Assembly: GCA_038496445.1 (NCBI GenBank)
Contig: JALMLS010000474.1
Coordinates: 62,001 to 126,000, forward strand
Source of the DNA: Trichosphaerium sp. ATCC 40318
Lineage: Eukaryota > Protista > Tubulinea
DNA: 64,000 nt
Direction: 5' to 3'
Shown here: positions 25,607 through 37,113 of the stretch, piece after piece
Layout: each line of letters starts with the position of its first letter
Numbering within the stretch: the stretch's first letter is position 1
Program-made: the position numbers and the translations under genes
The notes under the pieces: generated by a model
What the model was told of the DNA's origin: nothing
What the model saw: only the letters and a program-made list of their open reading frames with translations
The model's database searches: none

Positions 25607-26659
25607 GGGTGCACTCTGAGCAAGGTGTGTACTAAAATGTCGAAAAAAAAGTCGTTAGACCAATCCTCAATCCCAACAAAAGCTATTGCAAGACGATCTG
25701 GGAGAAAAGGAACACACTGTCCCTGACCGATAGCTCTGGCACAGAGCGAGCGTGTGTGTGGTTTATTTACCTAACACGCTTGCATGTACATGAAAAAAAT
25801 GAAGAAAACGAAAAAAAAACAAAATTTTACAGGGTAGTGGGTGGGTGATTTCTGCTTGCTATTGAATAAACTGCCTCGGTTGGTTGCTTGTCTTTGTTGG
25901 ATCAGTCCAGCTTGTTCAAACGCCTGAAATGTCTCGCATGTTCAGACAAAAAAATGTCAAAGTGATATTGAACTGTTTGCCACAAAGGGAGACAACTGGG
26001 CTATGGTGCTCAGTTGCTGCTAGGCTCTGCCCCCCCCAAACCCCCCCTGAAAGGGGGGGCTTTCTAAATAGTTCCTATGGCATAATATAGGATAATTAGT
26101 GTGCCGGATTTTTGACGACTTTTTTTTGACAAAGTTCTACATATTTGGGTTTCCCTGAGCAAAAAAACAAAAAATTTAACTTTGATCGTTTGCACCTCAG
26201 AGTGCCGGAATAATTTTTCTTATATTTTTGAAGCATACACATTGCACTTATTGGTTTACTTGCGGATGGGTGTTAGTTCAAATCCGCATGTAAACCAGAA
26301 AAGTGTTGCTGAAATTTTAACAATTTTACTACGGCATCCTACGGTGCCCATACTTTTGTCACATGGCCGCCACATTATATAAATGCGTCAGCAGCAGTGA
26401 TAAGGTGGAGAAAGATGGAGATTCTGAGAAATCACTAAAAAACTGCCTTTTTTGCCAATTTTTATCATAAAATCACTTTGTTTTTGCAACTATACAAACT
26501 CTACACCACTTGAATGTGGAGAATATATACACAATAAAACGTTTTCACTTCCAAAATGTTTTTTGGCAGGCTTAGCTGGCCACTAGAGCTAAATTACAAA
26601 AAAAAAAAAAAATTACGGCGAATTTTAGTGAATTTTCTGATCGAGCACAGAGCGCACCC
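25607..26659. mobile_element. Non-autonomous DNA transposon (MITE) with TTAA target duplication, Kolobok-like termini
   Basis: TTAA|GGGTGCACTCTGAGC ... GCACAGAGCGCACCC|TTAA: imperfect TIR with TTAA on both sides. The interior shares sequence with 8045-8425. Confidence 0.75.
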
Positions 26660-26796
26660 TTAAATACAAAAAACTAAACGGTACTTAAGGATGTGATCTG
26701 ATGCTTTAACCAAATCTTGTCTTGAAAACAGCTTTTCGTAGACAACATAGTCTCTGGGTCACGTGATTAGTTAATTTAGGTATTCTTGTTAAAAGA

Positions 26797-27410
26797 TGAG
26801 CCGCATGGTAGTAATTCTATACGTAGTGTCCCAGCAGCGTTTGGAGTAAGTATAATGCTTTTTCCTTCTAGGAGGACGTTGTAAGGTTCGCTTTTAGCCA
26901 TTTTCGAATTGGGAAAAAAAGAGAGATCTTTTTTTTTTTTTTGACAATAAAACAGCCATAGCTAAAGATGATATAAAAGAAGACAAAGACAAGTACTTAT
27001 CAAAAGCTGTGATTGATACCAATCGTGATTACACCAAGTTTGGAGATGCTTCTGAGCATCTTGATATGATTCAAGATGCCTTTGAAGCCTTTAAAATACA
27101 CCAAAATCAAGAAGAATACATAAATGAAATCATGTTTATTTAGTCAAATTTCCATCCACCTCAAGAGAATCAATCAATTGGTACCGCCATGTTTGATTGG
27201 AAGTCAACATTGATGAGGTTGGGTATTTCATTTGCAAGAGCACAGGAACTTGGATCATTAATGGATGAAGCAGGTATTGAACGTGATGGCACCTCAGATG
27301 TGCTAAAAGAGCTTGATTTCAGTCCAATTGAGCGTATCAAGTCATCAAAGCAAAACGCAAGAATGCTCTATAATATCTGCACCACAAAGGATAAGAACTC
27401 ACCAATGTAA
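26797..27410 (+). pseudogene. KFG-motif + SAM-like tail without RCC1 propeller (family copy F), internally deleted and frameshifted
   Basis: DKYLSKAVIDTNRDYTKFGDASEHLDMIQDAFEAFK and FDWKSTLMRLGISFARAQELGSLMDEAGI..LKELDFSPIERIK closely match 63308-63900. The middle exon is missing and there is a frameshift near 27340. Confidence 0.75.
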
Positions 27411-28371
27411 CAGTTGGTTCACAACACTGTAGATGTCTACAATAAATACTAGCTTTACTAGAAAAACAACAAACGGAGATTGTTTATTATTTATGCTCAG
27501 TGTTTTTACAATATTAGAATGTTACATCTTTACCAGAAGAATAAAGCCTCCGTTTGCGTGATTTGCTGTATTGTTGGGAAAAAAAATAGCTACACTTGTA
27601 CAAGTGATACGAAAGCTTGTTATTTTGAAGGTGATACTGCAAGCGCAACAGTAGGTGCAATGGTTGGTATTGTGCTTCGTGTGGTTGTTGTGGTGCTTAG
27701 ATGGGAGAGGTGACGCCTGGAATTCGTGAGAATTTCTCCAACTACAAAGGCTCAACAAATGGTATTTCCTACTTTACTTTATAGAGCTAACTTTATTTAT
27801 GGAGGCAACTACAATAGTACCTTCAAGTGCTTCATCAACTGTTGAGGTACCCTGTACAGATATATCTACACTGATGCATGGCTTCAACCAAATAACTACA
27901 CCAAAGACGCCTACTGCATCCAACAGAAGCTTCAAGGCTTTTACAAGGCACTATTATAACTACTAAAAAAGCAATTTTGACATGCTAATTAAGATGCTGA
28001 AGATGGGTACCAAATATGGAAAGTGTGTAAGACGTGTAACATTGTCTGAAAATAACCTACGGCGAACACAAAAAAAACACTGCTAATGCTGCTCAAATTT
28101 GTTTAAGATTGTGTACGAAAATAGGAGCTGTGGACCAGTTAACATAGTTCCCTTGGGTGTGTAGAGCAGGTTTAGACAAGTTTTTGACCAATTACTAAGA
28201 CTGGTGACTATTCAGTGCAGAGATATTTATAGAAACAGACATAAAAATGCTGAAGAAAAGACCACTCATGACAGTACTAATGTAAACATACTGCCCTATA
28301 AAAAACAACTATGGTCAAATATAGTACGACATAAAAGTTCATTCAAACAAAAAAACCTATTCACACGTGAC

Positions 28372-28680
28372 ATGACAATTTCTACAGCTTGGATTTTAGT
28401 AGCGGTAGTACTCCCTATCATCGCAGAGCCTCTACAAATGCATTTCTTTTCAGATGAATTGGTGACACCAGGAGGAATGGCTGCTACATCGTACATAACA
28501 TTGTAACCGTCACACTCATTTTCTTAAGGTTTGTATAGATACGCTTGGCCCGCAAATGAAACCGGATATGACAACATCAATTACCTCGTTAACGTACAGC
28601 ACGATCCTGGGAAAGGTTCTGGTACGCAAAGATACCAACATACCGCCTTGTACTAATAACGTTAAACTTAGCTTATTTTT
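28372..28680 (+). pseudogene. 5' fragment of a secreted-protein gene, apparently truncated
   Basis: MTISTAWILVAVVLPIIAEPLQ signal peptide, an intron, then YAWPANETGYDNINYLVNVQHDPGKGS and a second donor (GTACGC). The sequence then runs into the antisense LRR copy. Confidence 0.5.
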
Positions 28681-28684
28681 GGGC

Positions 28685-29322
28685 CAGCCACTAAGGTGAA
28701 TAGTATGGACTCCAGCAAGTGCTTTAACGCCTTCATCAGTTACGGAAGTGTTACTAAGGTCAATAGTATGGACTCCAGCAAGCGCTTTAACACCTTCATC
28801 AGTTACTTTAGTGTCACTAACGTCAATAGTATGGGCGCCAGCAAGTGCTTTAACACCTTCATCAGTTACTAAAGTGTCATTGAGGGTAATAGAATGGACT
28901 CCAGCAAGTGCTTTAACGCCTTCATCAGTTACTTTAGTGTAGCTGAGGTGAATAGTATGGACTCCAGCAAGTGCTTTAACACCTTCATCAGTTACTTCAG
29001 AACGATCAAGCTCAATAGTATGAACTCCTGCAAACTGCTTGACAATGCTGTTATCAACACGCCATCCAAGGCAGATTCTTGTGTATTTCAGAATACCAAC
29101 ATGTTTTACAGCTGATTTTGCTTGAGTTAACGTTTTTATCATAATAGCATGGTATCCAATAATATCATGAACAATAGAAGCAAGTAAACGACAGGTTTGA
29201 CAAGCCGCAAAGCGTGATTTTGTTGTTTGACGCAAGATGTGTGCTAATATCTCTGGCGGTAGGTGTAGCAAACTTGTGCCGGTCGTACTGTTAATTATAG
29301 AACCCTTTGAGGTAGAAAGCAT
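28685..29322 (-). pseudogene. 3'-truncated F-box-LRR paralog (about 5.5 repeats)
   Basis: The first ~105 aa are identical to 18614-20089. Repeats stop abruptly at HTIHLSG and the ORF runs on into unrelated sequence to 28516. Confidence 0.8.
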
Positions 29323-29693
29323 AATATCAACGTCTTTGTTTAATGTGGAAGCCTAACAATTTAACACGTGTTTTATCGATGACCTAAAGTAGAGGTCTTA
29401 CTTTTCGCTTTTGATAACTGGCTAAGTCGCATAAAACTGTTTAAGGCGATAGTCACTCTAGCTTAAAGGACCTGAAAACGTTTATTATATTAATAACACC
29501 ATTTAGCACGTGCTCCAAACACCAAAACTTATACTACTACTTCCCAAAAAATAAGACGGCAATTTCAAGGCAAATCTTTTGTTAACGCACGTGTGTCATG
29601 ACATTAGATGATAAATGCTTTCGGCTGTAATATTTCTACAACCATGTAGATAAATGTTATGAACACCACCAAGTGATTCGACAGCCTCACCTG
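29010..29693. repeat. Near-identical segmental duplicate of ~19770-20460
   Basis: Covers the F-box 5' region, the promoter and the tail of the upstream LRR fragment. Few mismatches by eye; ends at GCCTCACCTG. Confidence 0.9.
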
Positions 29694-29698
29694 CGACC

Positions 29699-30479
29699 AC
29701 AAAGCTACCGCCAAACACGGTATGAATGCCTCAAACACTGTTTGCTGTATCTTTTGCTTTAAAAAAATCAGCGTACGTGTATAACTTACTAGCGCTGCGC
29801 TAGCGCCTACCCCACGCTAACGCTAGCGCTATCGCAGCATCCAAACAGCAATGAAGGTGTAACAACGCCAAAACCTCCCCAAAACGCCACCAGCGTTGCT
29901 ACAGTAAACGCCGCCAGGTGTCAAACATGTAAATAGAATTCACGTGGCTAATGTCAACAAATGCTGGAAACTGTAACGCTCTGTACTTAACATGTTACTT
30001 TATAAATAGCTTAGTTCCATATATTGTCTGTTTCATTCAAGTTTTGAGACAGACTGACTTTTAGCAAAAAAATCCAGTTTCTGCCCGATCTGTCAGATCT
30101 GACGGATTTGACACTTCTGACAGATCTTGCAAATTGTCATTTTTTAAATGTGATCTACCCTCACGCCTGTCCAGTGAATCCAACCGTTTCAAACCCACGT
30201 GATTTAACAAACCCCAGAGCAAACTTTTTTATTTACATATTTGACGCCTAGCGGCGTTTACAAAGCCTACAGCAACGCTGGTGGTGTTTTGGGGCGGTTT
30301 TGACGTTGTTACACCTTCATTGCTGCTTGGATGCTACCATAGCGCTTCTGTTAGCGTGGGGTAGGCGCTAGCGTAGCGCTAGTAAGTTATACACGTACGT
30401 TGATTTTTTGAAGCAAAAGATACAGCAAACAGTGTTTGAGGCATTCATACCGTGTTTGGCGGTAATGCGATAGCTTTGT
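29699..30479. mobile_element. Long inverted-repeat (foldback/MITE-like) element with ~240-bp arms
   Basis: 29699-29938 (ACAAAGCTACCGCCAAACACGGTATGAATGCCTCAAACACTG...) is the reverse complement of 30227-30479 with scattered mismatches; spacer ~290 bp. Confidence 0.85.
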
Positions 30480-30602
30480 AGGACATCATACCTTTTTAAT
30501 TCGCTTTTAGCTCATGAGCTTCTGTGGTTTGATCGTACCGTGTATAGTTTGCGTAGGTAAAATGCTGCGATCATCCCATGGGATGTTGAAACTTACATTG
30601 AA

Positions 30603-31487
30603 AAAGGAAATGTTAAGTTTATCCAATCTATTCTACGAGCTAGTTTTGTACTAGACGGATGTAAACAGTAGTGCTAAGGTGTGCTGTACCATTTAAATGC
30701 TGCAAAATACGGCACTCGTATAAAAAAGGATAAAAGCAATAAAAACTGCTTAAACTACATTACATGGCGATTTCTACGCGTAAATGGAGTATTTGAGCAA
30801 TAAACAATCATTGTCTAAAAATAATACTTTAAAAACCCTTCCGTGTTACTAAACTACTTTATTTAGCTGTAAATAGGCCCTACACATAACCCAAGCAGAT
30901 GCAGCTCACTTGGAATAAAAGTCAAATGTTCCTTCAGCAAATTAACAATTTCCTCTTCTCCGTCTGTATACTTAAGGTTACACTTTGCATTTTACGCTTA
31001 GCTCCTCTTTTGTTAGGTGATACATAACTTATGATTCTTTGAATTTGTAAAAATGTCGTGCATAGAATAAAGCTCTGCTGCCTTTTTTTTGCCCACACAA
31101 TGCAATACTTGGTGTTTTAGGTGTTTAATTGATCCTCCTACTGCTTTACATGAAATACTTTGTCTCATCGTTGCAATAGGTATGTTAAACGCTTGTATGT
31201 GGTTATTTGATGCCATGAGGGGCTATTAGAGTGTGTTTTTGTTTTTTTAAACCCCGCTTAACTGGGAAAGCAATACTTGGTGTAACAATACTCTTACATG
31301 GCTCTCTACTGTACAAAAACGCCAAAAACAGCATTTAAAAGTAATACAGCTACATTTTTATTGTTACACTGCGAGTGCCTTCTTTTTTGGCTTAAAACTG
31401 CTCCAAATCACTACTAACAGTTGTTTAAAAGGCTAATGAAGCAAAATCAGCTCGTAGAATAGATTGCGAAAACTTAACACTTCCTTT
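30603..31487. mobile_element. Degenerate TIR element (~45-bp inverted termini)
   Basis: AAAGGAAATGTTAAGTTTATCCAATCTATTCTACGAGCTAGTTTTG versus CAAAATCAGCTCGTAGAATAGATTGCGAAAACTTAACACTTCCTTT. Confidence 0.7.
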
Positions 31488-31836
31488 GCTATCACTTACC
31501 GTAAGGTACCTAAGTCATACAATGAAGGACAACATTGTAACACAAATAGTTCACATTGTGATAGATCTACACCATTTGACAGAAGTGTCAGATCTTGCTA
31601 GATCTGCTAAAAGTGCTAAAAACTCACTTTCTAGAAAATAAGAGAGAATTTTATTATGTAGTTCCCATTTGGAAAAAAAATCGCCAAGTCCTTAGCAGTA
31701 AACAAAAAAGTGGATTTATTTTTTGTACATTATCTACTATATGTTGGGCATATTAGGTTATAATTAGAGCATTCAAAATTATCGTGCAATATCTCCATGA
31801 GTCAGTTAAGTTTTGACATGTGATTTTTACAAATTA

Positions 31837-32893
31837 TCAGGTCTAAAAATTAAAGTGGTATATACCAGTTTTTTTATGGTATATACCACTTTTTTCAACA
31901 AAATGGTATATGAACTGGTATATACCATTTTGAAATACCACTTTTTTTAGAAATTAAGTGAATAAAAAGTGGTATATGGAAGTGGTATATACCACTTTTC
32001 ATTCACATAATGAGACCTTCTAAAAATGGTATATAAAGTGGTATATACCACTTTTTTATGGTATGTGGTATATACCATCTTTTTATTGGTATATACCACT
32101 TTTATGGTATGCTTCAAGAAGGTCATTAAGGAGCTTTTTGGTAATGGGTTTTCTTGTTGAACGATCATAGCCGTCATATGTTAACCGGTGCGTAGAGACC
32201 TTAGTATATCATAGAATCTAACCAAACTAGGCTCATTCGAACCGCAGGACCTGATTCCAGTACCAACATTAAGGAAACTATATTGCAGGTATTATACAGA
32301 TGTTCGTGGGTACCAGACAAAGTTTTATTTTATTTTCGTTTGATATACATTAACTGACCTCCGTAGGCCTTAGTAATTGATAGATTCAGGTGGGACCACT
32401 TTCATTAGGTGTGCAGCATGTTTTTACAGTAGTTACAGCAAGCTCATGGAGATGGACGAATTTTCCAGACGCCCATAGTAATGTAACTGTAGTGGACATT
32501 GTCCAAAACTTGTAACTCACAAACTGTGTATTAAATAAAGTGTATTTTCTGGAATTGCAGGTGTACCATAAGTAGGCATAAAGTGGTATATAAGAGTGGT
32601 ATATACCATGAAAAACTGGTATAAAAAGTGGTATATAACTGGTATATACCTAAAAAAAGTGGTATAAAAAAGTGGTATATTTTTTTTTTTCTGGTGAAAA
32701 AAAGAGGTATATTTTCTGCTTTTATACCTGTTTTTTTTATATTGTTGGTATATTTGGTCAATATACCACTTTTTTTGGTATATTTCAGTCAAAATATACC
32801 ACTTTTTTTGGTATATACCATAAAAAACTGGTATAAAAAAGTGGTATAAAAGTGGTATATACCAAAAAAACTGGTATATTTTTTTAGACCTGA
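31837..32893. mobile_element. Foldback-type element: TA-flanked TIR with subterminal arrays of palindromic TGGTATATACCA
   Basis: TA|TCAGGTCTAAAAA ... TTTTTAGACCTGA|TA. (G/C)TGGTATATACCA units spaced by A/T runs occupy ~31855-32110 and ~32583-32880. Confidence 0.8.
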
Positions 32894-33401
32894 TAGGCAA
32901 AAAGTCTCATCCCCTGATGTCACCTGTTCCATAATAGTCATCTAAAAAGCTCCAATCAATTGCCTTGTACACTGTAGTATCATTGGAAGGAGTTTGGCTA
33001 GCAATAAAGTCGCTATCCAATTGCCCAAAATTGAAAGTTTTTTGGCTGTTCACTACTTTTTTAACATGTTACTTTAACTCTGTACCCTCTCACATACCAT
33101 TTTTGAATGAAAGCGTGTATATGACGGTATTTTGACATTCTTGACAATGTTTCAGTTTTTTTGTGCTGACCTGTGGCAACTTCTTCAATTGGTTCATTGT
33201 ACTCAAACCCTGAACGCCTGTCCTTGCATGGGCATGATTTTTGAGTGGTTTGATGGACTGTTTTTGGGGTTTTTTAATTTGAGTTTATAAACGGTTCACT
33301 AGGCCTGAATTTGTCCCTGCTTACCTCAGAAAGTGCATTAATAACTTTTTGTAGTACAAAAAAAAAACTGAGATGGGATATTTAGGCGAAATCTCAAAGA
33401 C

Positions 33402-33490
33402 AAACCATAAAACGGCAGCCATACTCTCAGAACAGGTATTCATTAATGTGTTATAATATTTGATGCATTATGGCTGCCGTTTAATGGTTT
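33402..33490. repeat. 22-bp inverted repeat (1 mismatch), hairpin or mini-MITE
   Basis: AAACCATAAAACGGCAGCCATA ... TATGGCTGCCGTTTAATGGTTT. Confidence 0.7.
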
Positions 33491-34885
33491 TGAACATACC
33501 TTTAACACAACTGCATTTTCGTTTACACAATGACTGCACACAAATGCTTTTAACCGTGTGCTATGCATGTCCACCAAGCAAAGAAAGCTTCCAATGTGCT
33601 ATTGGTTATTTTTTAATTGTACTGTGACTCAAAAGCCTTTAGCAGCCCTTAGGTATTCACAACAGACACAACGTTCCAAGTGAGACACACACTAGTAGTA
33701 TCAACATTGAAAAGGCATAACAGGAGGAGAAAATAGTATTTTAAAATCTTCTACGCAAAAATAATTTTTTTTTAGGCAAAATCAGAGTTGATTTTTTTTT
33801 GACGTTCAAAGTCAAAAAAGCACAATTCAAACACTTAAAACATGATCCCCACGCGTGTGTGCGTGTATAAAAGAAGTGGAACTGTTTAATAAAATTCTCT
33901 CTATTAGTAAAACTTGAATGACACAGACAATATACAACCTTCACACCCTTACAGAAACAGCTTGCCATTGCAAGGTGAGTTTTGCTTTCATAAAGTAATG
34001 GGAAATAAATCAGTGCGTTCTCTACTAACTTATCTAAACTCATAAGGTTCTACAGATAACAGGCACGTGCAAACGTAGTAGGTCAGTCATACAGTATCTT
34101 AACCTTATATCTTCCTAATGTCTTGTAGAATACATATCAGCAACGAACTAGCAATGAACACACTACTGGCGGCATTGTTTTATAGCTCTACTTTGTTTTT
34201 CTCAAACACGAAATATCTTTTTACAAAGGAACAGATTGGTACACGTGTACTGTAACAATAAAACTTCTTTTTATTTCAAGTTAGATTCACGCGTTCTTGT
34301 TGATCTACAATACCAGATTGGAGGAGAGAATACGTCTTACTCAGCTTCGATCCCCTGGATCACGTAGCCAGAGACCCTTCCCATTTATTAAATTGGAGTT
34401 ATCTCTTGTACATATACAACAAATTACATAAATCAATTGATCTGCCATTGTATAGAACTGCTACTTGCTGATGTTGTTTTACGATACTACCGTACTTAAA
34501 CAACTACCTCTCACTTATCAAACGCCAGTAAAATACTTATTTATACTGTCAGAAAATAGAATTTTTTCGTCAAACTTTCGTGATAGGTGGGCCGGATTTT
34601 TACGTGCTCAGTACTACATACAAGAATCATATCCATTTTTCAAGATTACGAGCACTTTGTACCCTTGTACACCAATTCAACCCTGGCACGAAAGATAGCG
34701 ACTGTTATGGCGCTGAGGTGTCATGCGCCTCCTTAATATGACAAATTTACAGTTATTGTCAATGAGCCTGAGAAGATGTTGAGTGGTAACCCATAACGTG
34801 ATATGCATTTATTTATATTTATTCTCTACGCTAATGTTGCAAACAAATTCACTATGGTAGCTGATACAAGTCAGAAACTATGCCG

Positions 34886-36651
34886 CTAAAGAAGACCCTT
34901 TCTCTTTGCTTTTGTAACTTTGATACGTTCCACCAAGTTGAATCCAAGTTCTTTCAACACTTCTTGATAGATTTCATTCGCTTGAATGTCAAGTTCATTC
35001 ATCAAGGATCCAAATTCTTGTGCTCGCTCACTTGAGATACCCAACCCTGTCAATACTGACACCCAATCAATTTCATTGTTTTGAAGCGGTATTGGTGCCA
35101 TTGGAGAAACTGAAGTGATGGTTGATTTGGTATCACGCTGAGTGAATGTTGGCTACATTACAGTTAGTGTAAAGTAAATGCAAAAATGAAATAACATACT
35201 GTGTCAACAGATATGTTGGGTTTCTCAATCCATGACTGGTTGGGTAATACTACCTTTATATCGTGTGGTAATAGAATGGGGTTACTAGGTTCACCGCTAG
35301 GCTACAAACTCGTTAGGAAAGAATGTTAATATATTGTTTTTGACTGTACATTAGTGAACTTGTCTTGACCTTGTTTTATTTCAAGGGCGTCTTTAATGAT
35401 ATCAATGTGCTCTTGAGCGTCTCCAAACTTGTTGTAGCCTTGATCAATCTTTGTGTATATTCCAGTACCAACAATTGACAAGTAATTTCGTTTTTGGTCT
35501 TGTTTCAACTCTTTATGTAACTCTTCTAAAGTGTGGACTACCTAAACTAGCAGTTTGCATCGTATTGACAACAAATGATTGATTACCTTTCTGTGGTTAC
35601 TGAATGTCAATTTTTGTGGTGTTGATTTACCATGATCATTCTGTCCACCTGTGACCAACGTAAAGTCATGAGATATTGCCAAGTAATGATATTGTTTAGT
35701 GGCAAACTCAAGATATTTTCCAGGTAATTTTAATGGTTTGTTTGATTTGAACAAATCAATCCATTTCCCTTTACCCCAACCAAACAAACAACCTTCATCA
35801 TCAATCGCAAATGATGTATACATGCCAACATGGACAGATTTGATGTTATTGAGTCCTTTGATGATACCCTGGCCATAATCGTCATCAATACCCAACCCAA
35901 GACACCCACGCCAGTTGTGTCCAAAAGAAAATACTTGTCCTGACTTGAGGAGAACAAGTACATGCCAATCACCAATGGCAATATCAGTGGCATCATCAAT
36001 ACTTGGAACACGTGAAATTGTCTTTGATTTCAAGAATAATGATTTATATATCGCTTCATGGTCTGTTTGAAGCGAATTATATGTTGTTCCCCAAAGAAAG
36101 ACATGACCTGTTGACGTCATTGCTCCACTTACATACGAGTTAGTTTGAATTTTTTGAACATTTTGAAGATTTGGAATAACCGCTGGTGATGAAACTTGCA
36201 AATTGTCGAATGAATGACCCAATCCTTGATTTAAGTTGTCTCCCCAAGAGTAGACATGACCTGAATGTGATAACGCCATACTCACACATAAGGCAGAGAC
36301 TTTCGTGATATTGTTGAGATTTGGAACACGTGTTGGTGACGAAATAGGTGACGCAAAGTGACCCAGACCCAATTCACCATTAAAATTATAACCCCATGCA
36401 TACACAATACCGTTTGAATCAAGTGCAAGGCTATGAAGGCATCCAGCAGCAATACAGACGATATTTATGAGTGATTTTATTGGTCTTGCGATAGAACTCT
36501 TTTTTTCGTCTGTGTTACCCAATTGGCGCTCATTGTTTCGTCCCCACGTGTAAACAAAGCCATCGTCTGCGATTACCATTGAATGGTTTAAACCAGTGGC
36601 CAAACGGTTAACATATTGTAAATTAGTATCTAAAGTCTGAGGTTCTGCCAT
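34886..36651 (-). CDS. RCC1 beta-propeller + KFG-motif + SAM-like domain (family copy B)
   Basis: MAEPQ start at 36651; RCC1 exon to NHRK|GT; then NYLSIV..YNKFGDAQEHIDIIKDALE; terminal IDWVSVLTGLGISSERAQEFG..LKELGFNLVERIKVTKAK. Confidence 0.85.
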
Positions 36652-37113
36652 GATTCGCGTTTTAGGTCTTGACTGGACGAATACTGTTCCATTTTTGTCA
36701 ATGACGAAAAAACACGGTCGTTTTTTTTTGGTCATCATAATTTTTGAATTCAGTAGAGTACTGAATGTTGCAAGTACAGTTTTACAAACTGTGAATTGTG
36801 TTGTTACGGTGGTAGAAGTGTTTACAGCTATGTGGCATGTTCAAGTGTTTTCTTGTCCACATCAAGAATAGATATTTTGCCAAGAATTCTTGCTGTACCT
36901 TTCATTCGTGTTGTAGTAAGCTACGATATTGTCAGACAAATCCAATCGTCAATAGCCAAGCATTGATTCACTTTTCTTACTTTCGTTGTGGGTTCTGATG
37001 CACTAATACCGCCCGTCCAAGCCAACTGAGCAACCATACGTTCCTTATATCTAACATAAATGAGGCTAGATTTTCAACAAGCACTTCATTTGTAACTTTT
37101 TTATTTGTATGAT

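Noticed and set aside
27520-27990. PT-rich surface-protein gene on the minus strand
   Set aside because: Only short frames (PTIAPTVA..) with several stops; at most a decayed remnant.
31855-32880. GGTATATACC arrays as a CRISPR array, or as genes (ORFs 31947-32177, 32517-32900 etc.)
   Set aside because: Spacers are short A/T runs, units occur in both orientations, there are no cas genes and the context is eukaryotic. The ORFs are by-products of the repeat.
34280-34500. Ependymin-like C-terminus (DVFSPP.WYC) on the minus strand
   Set aside because: Multiple stops and only a very short motif match.
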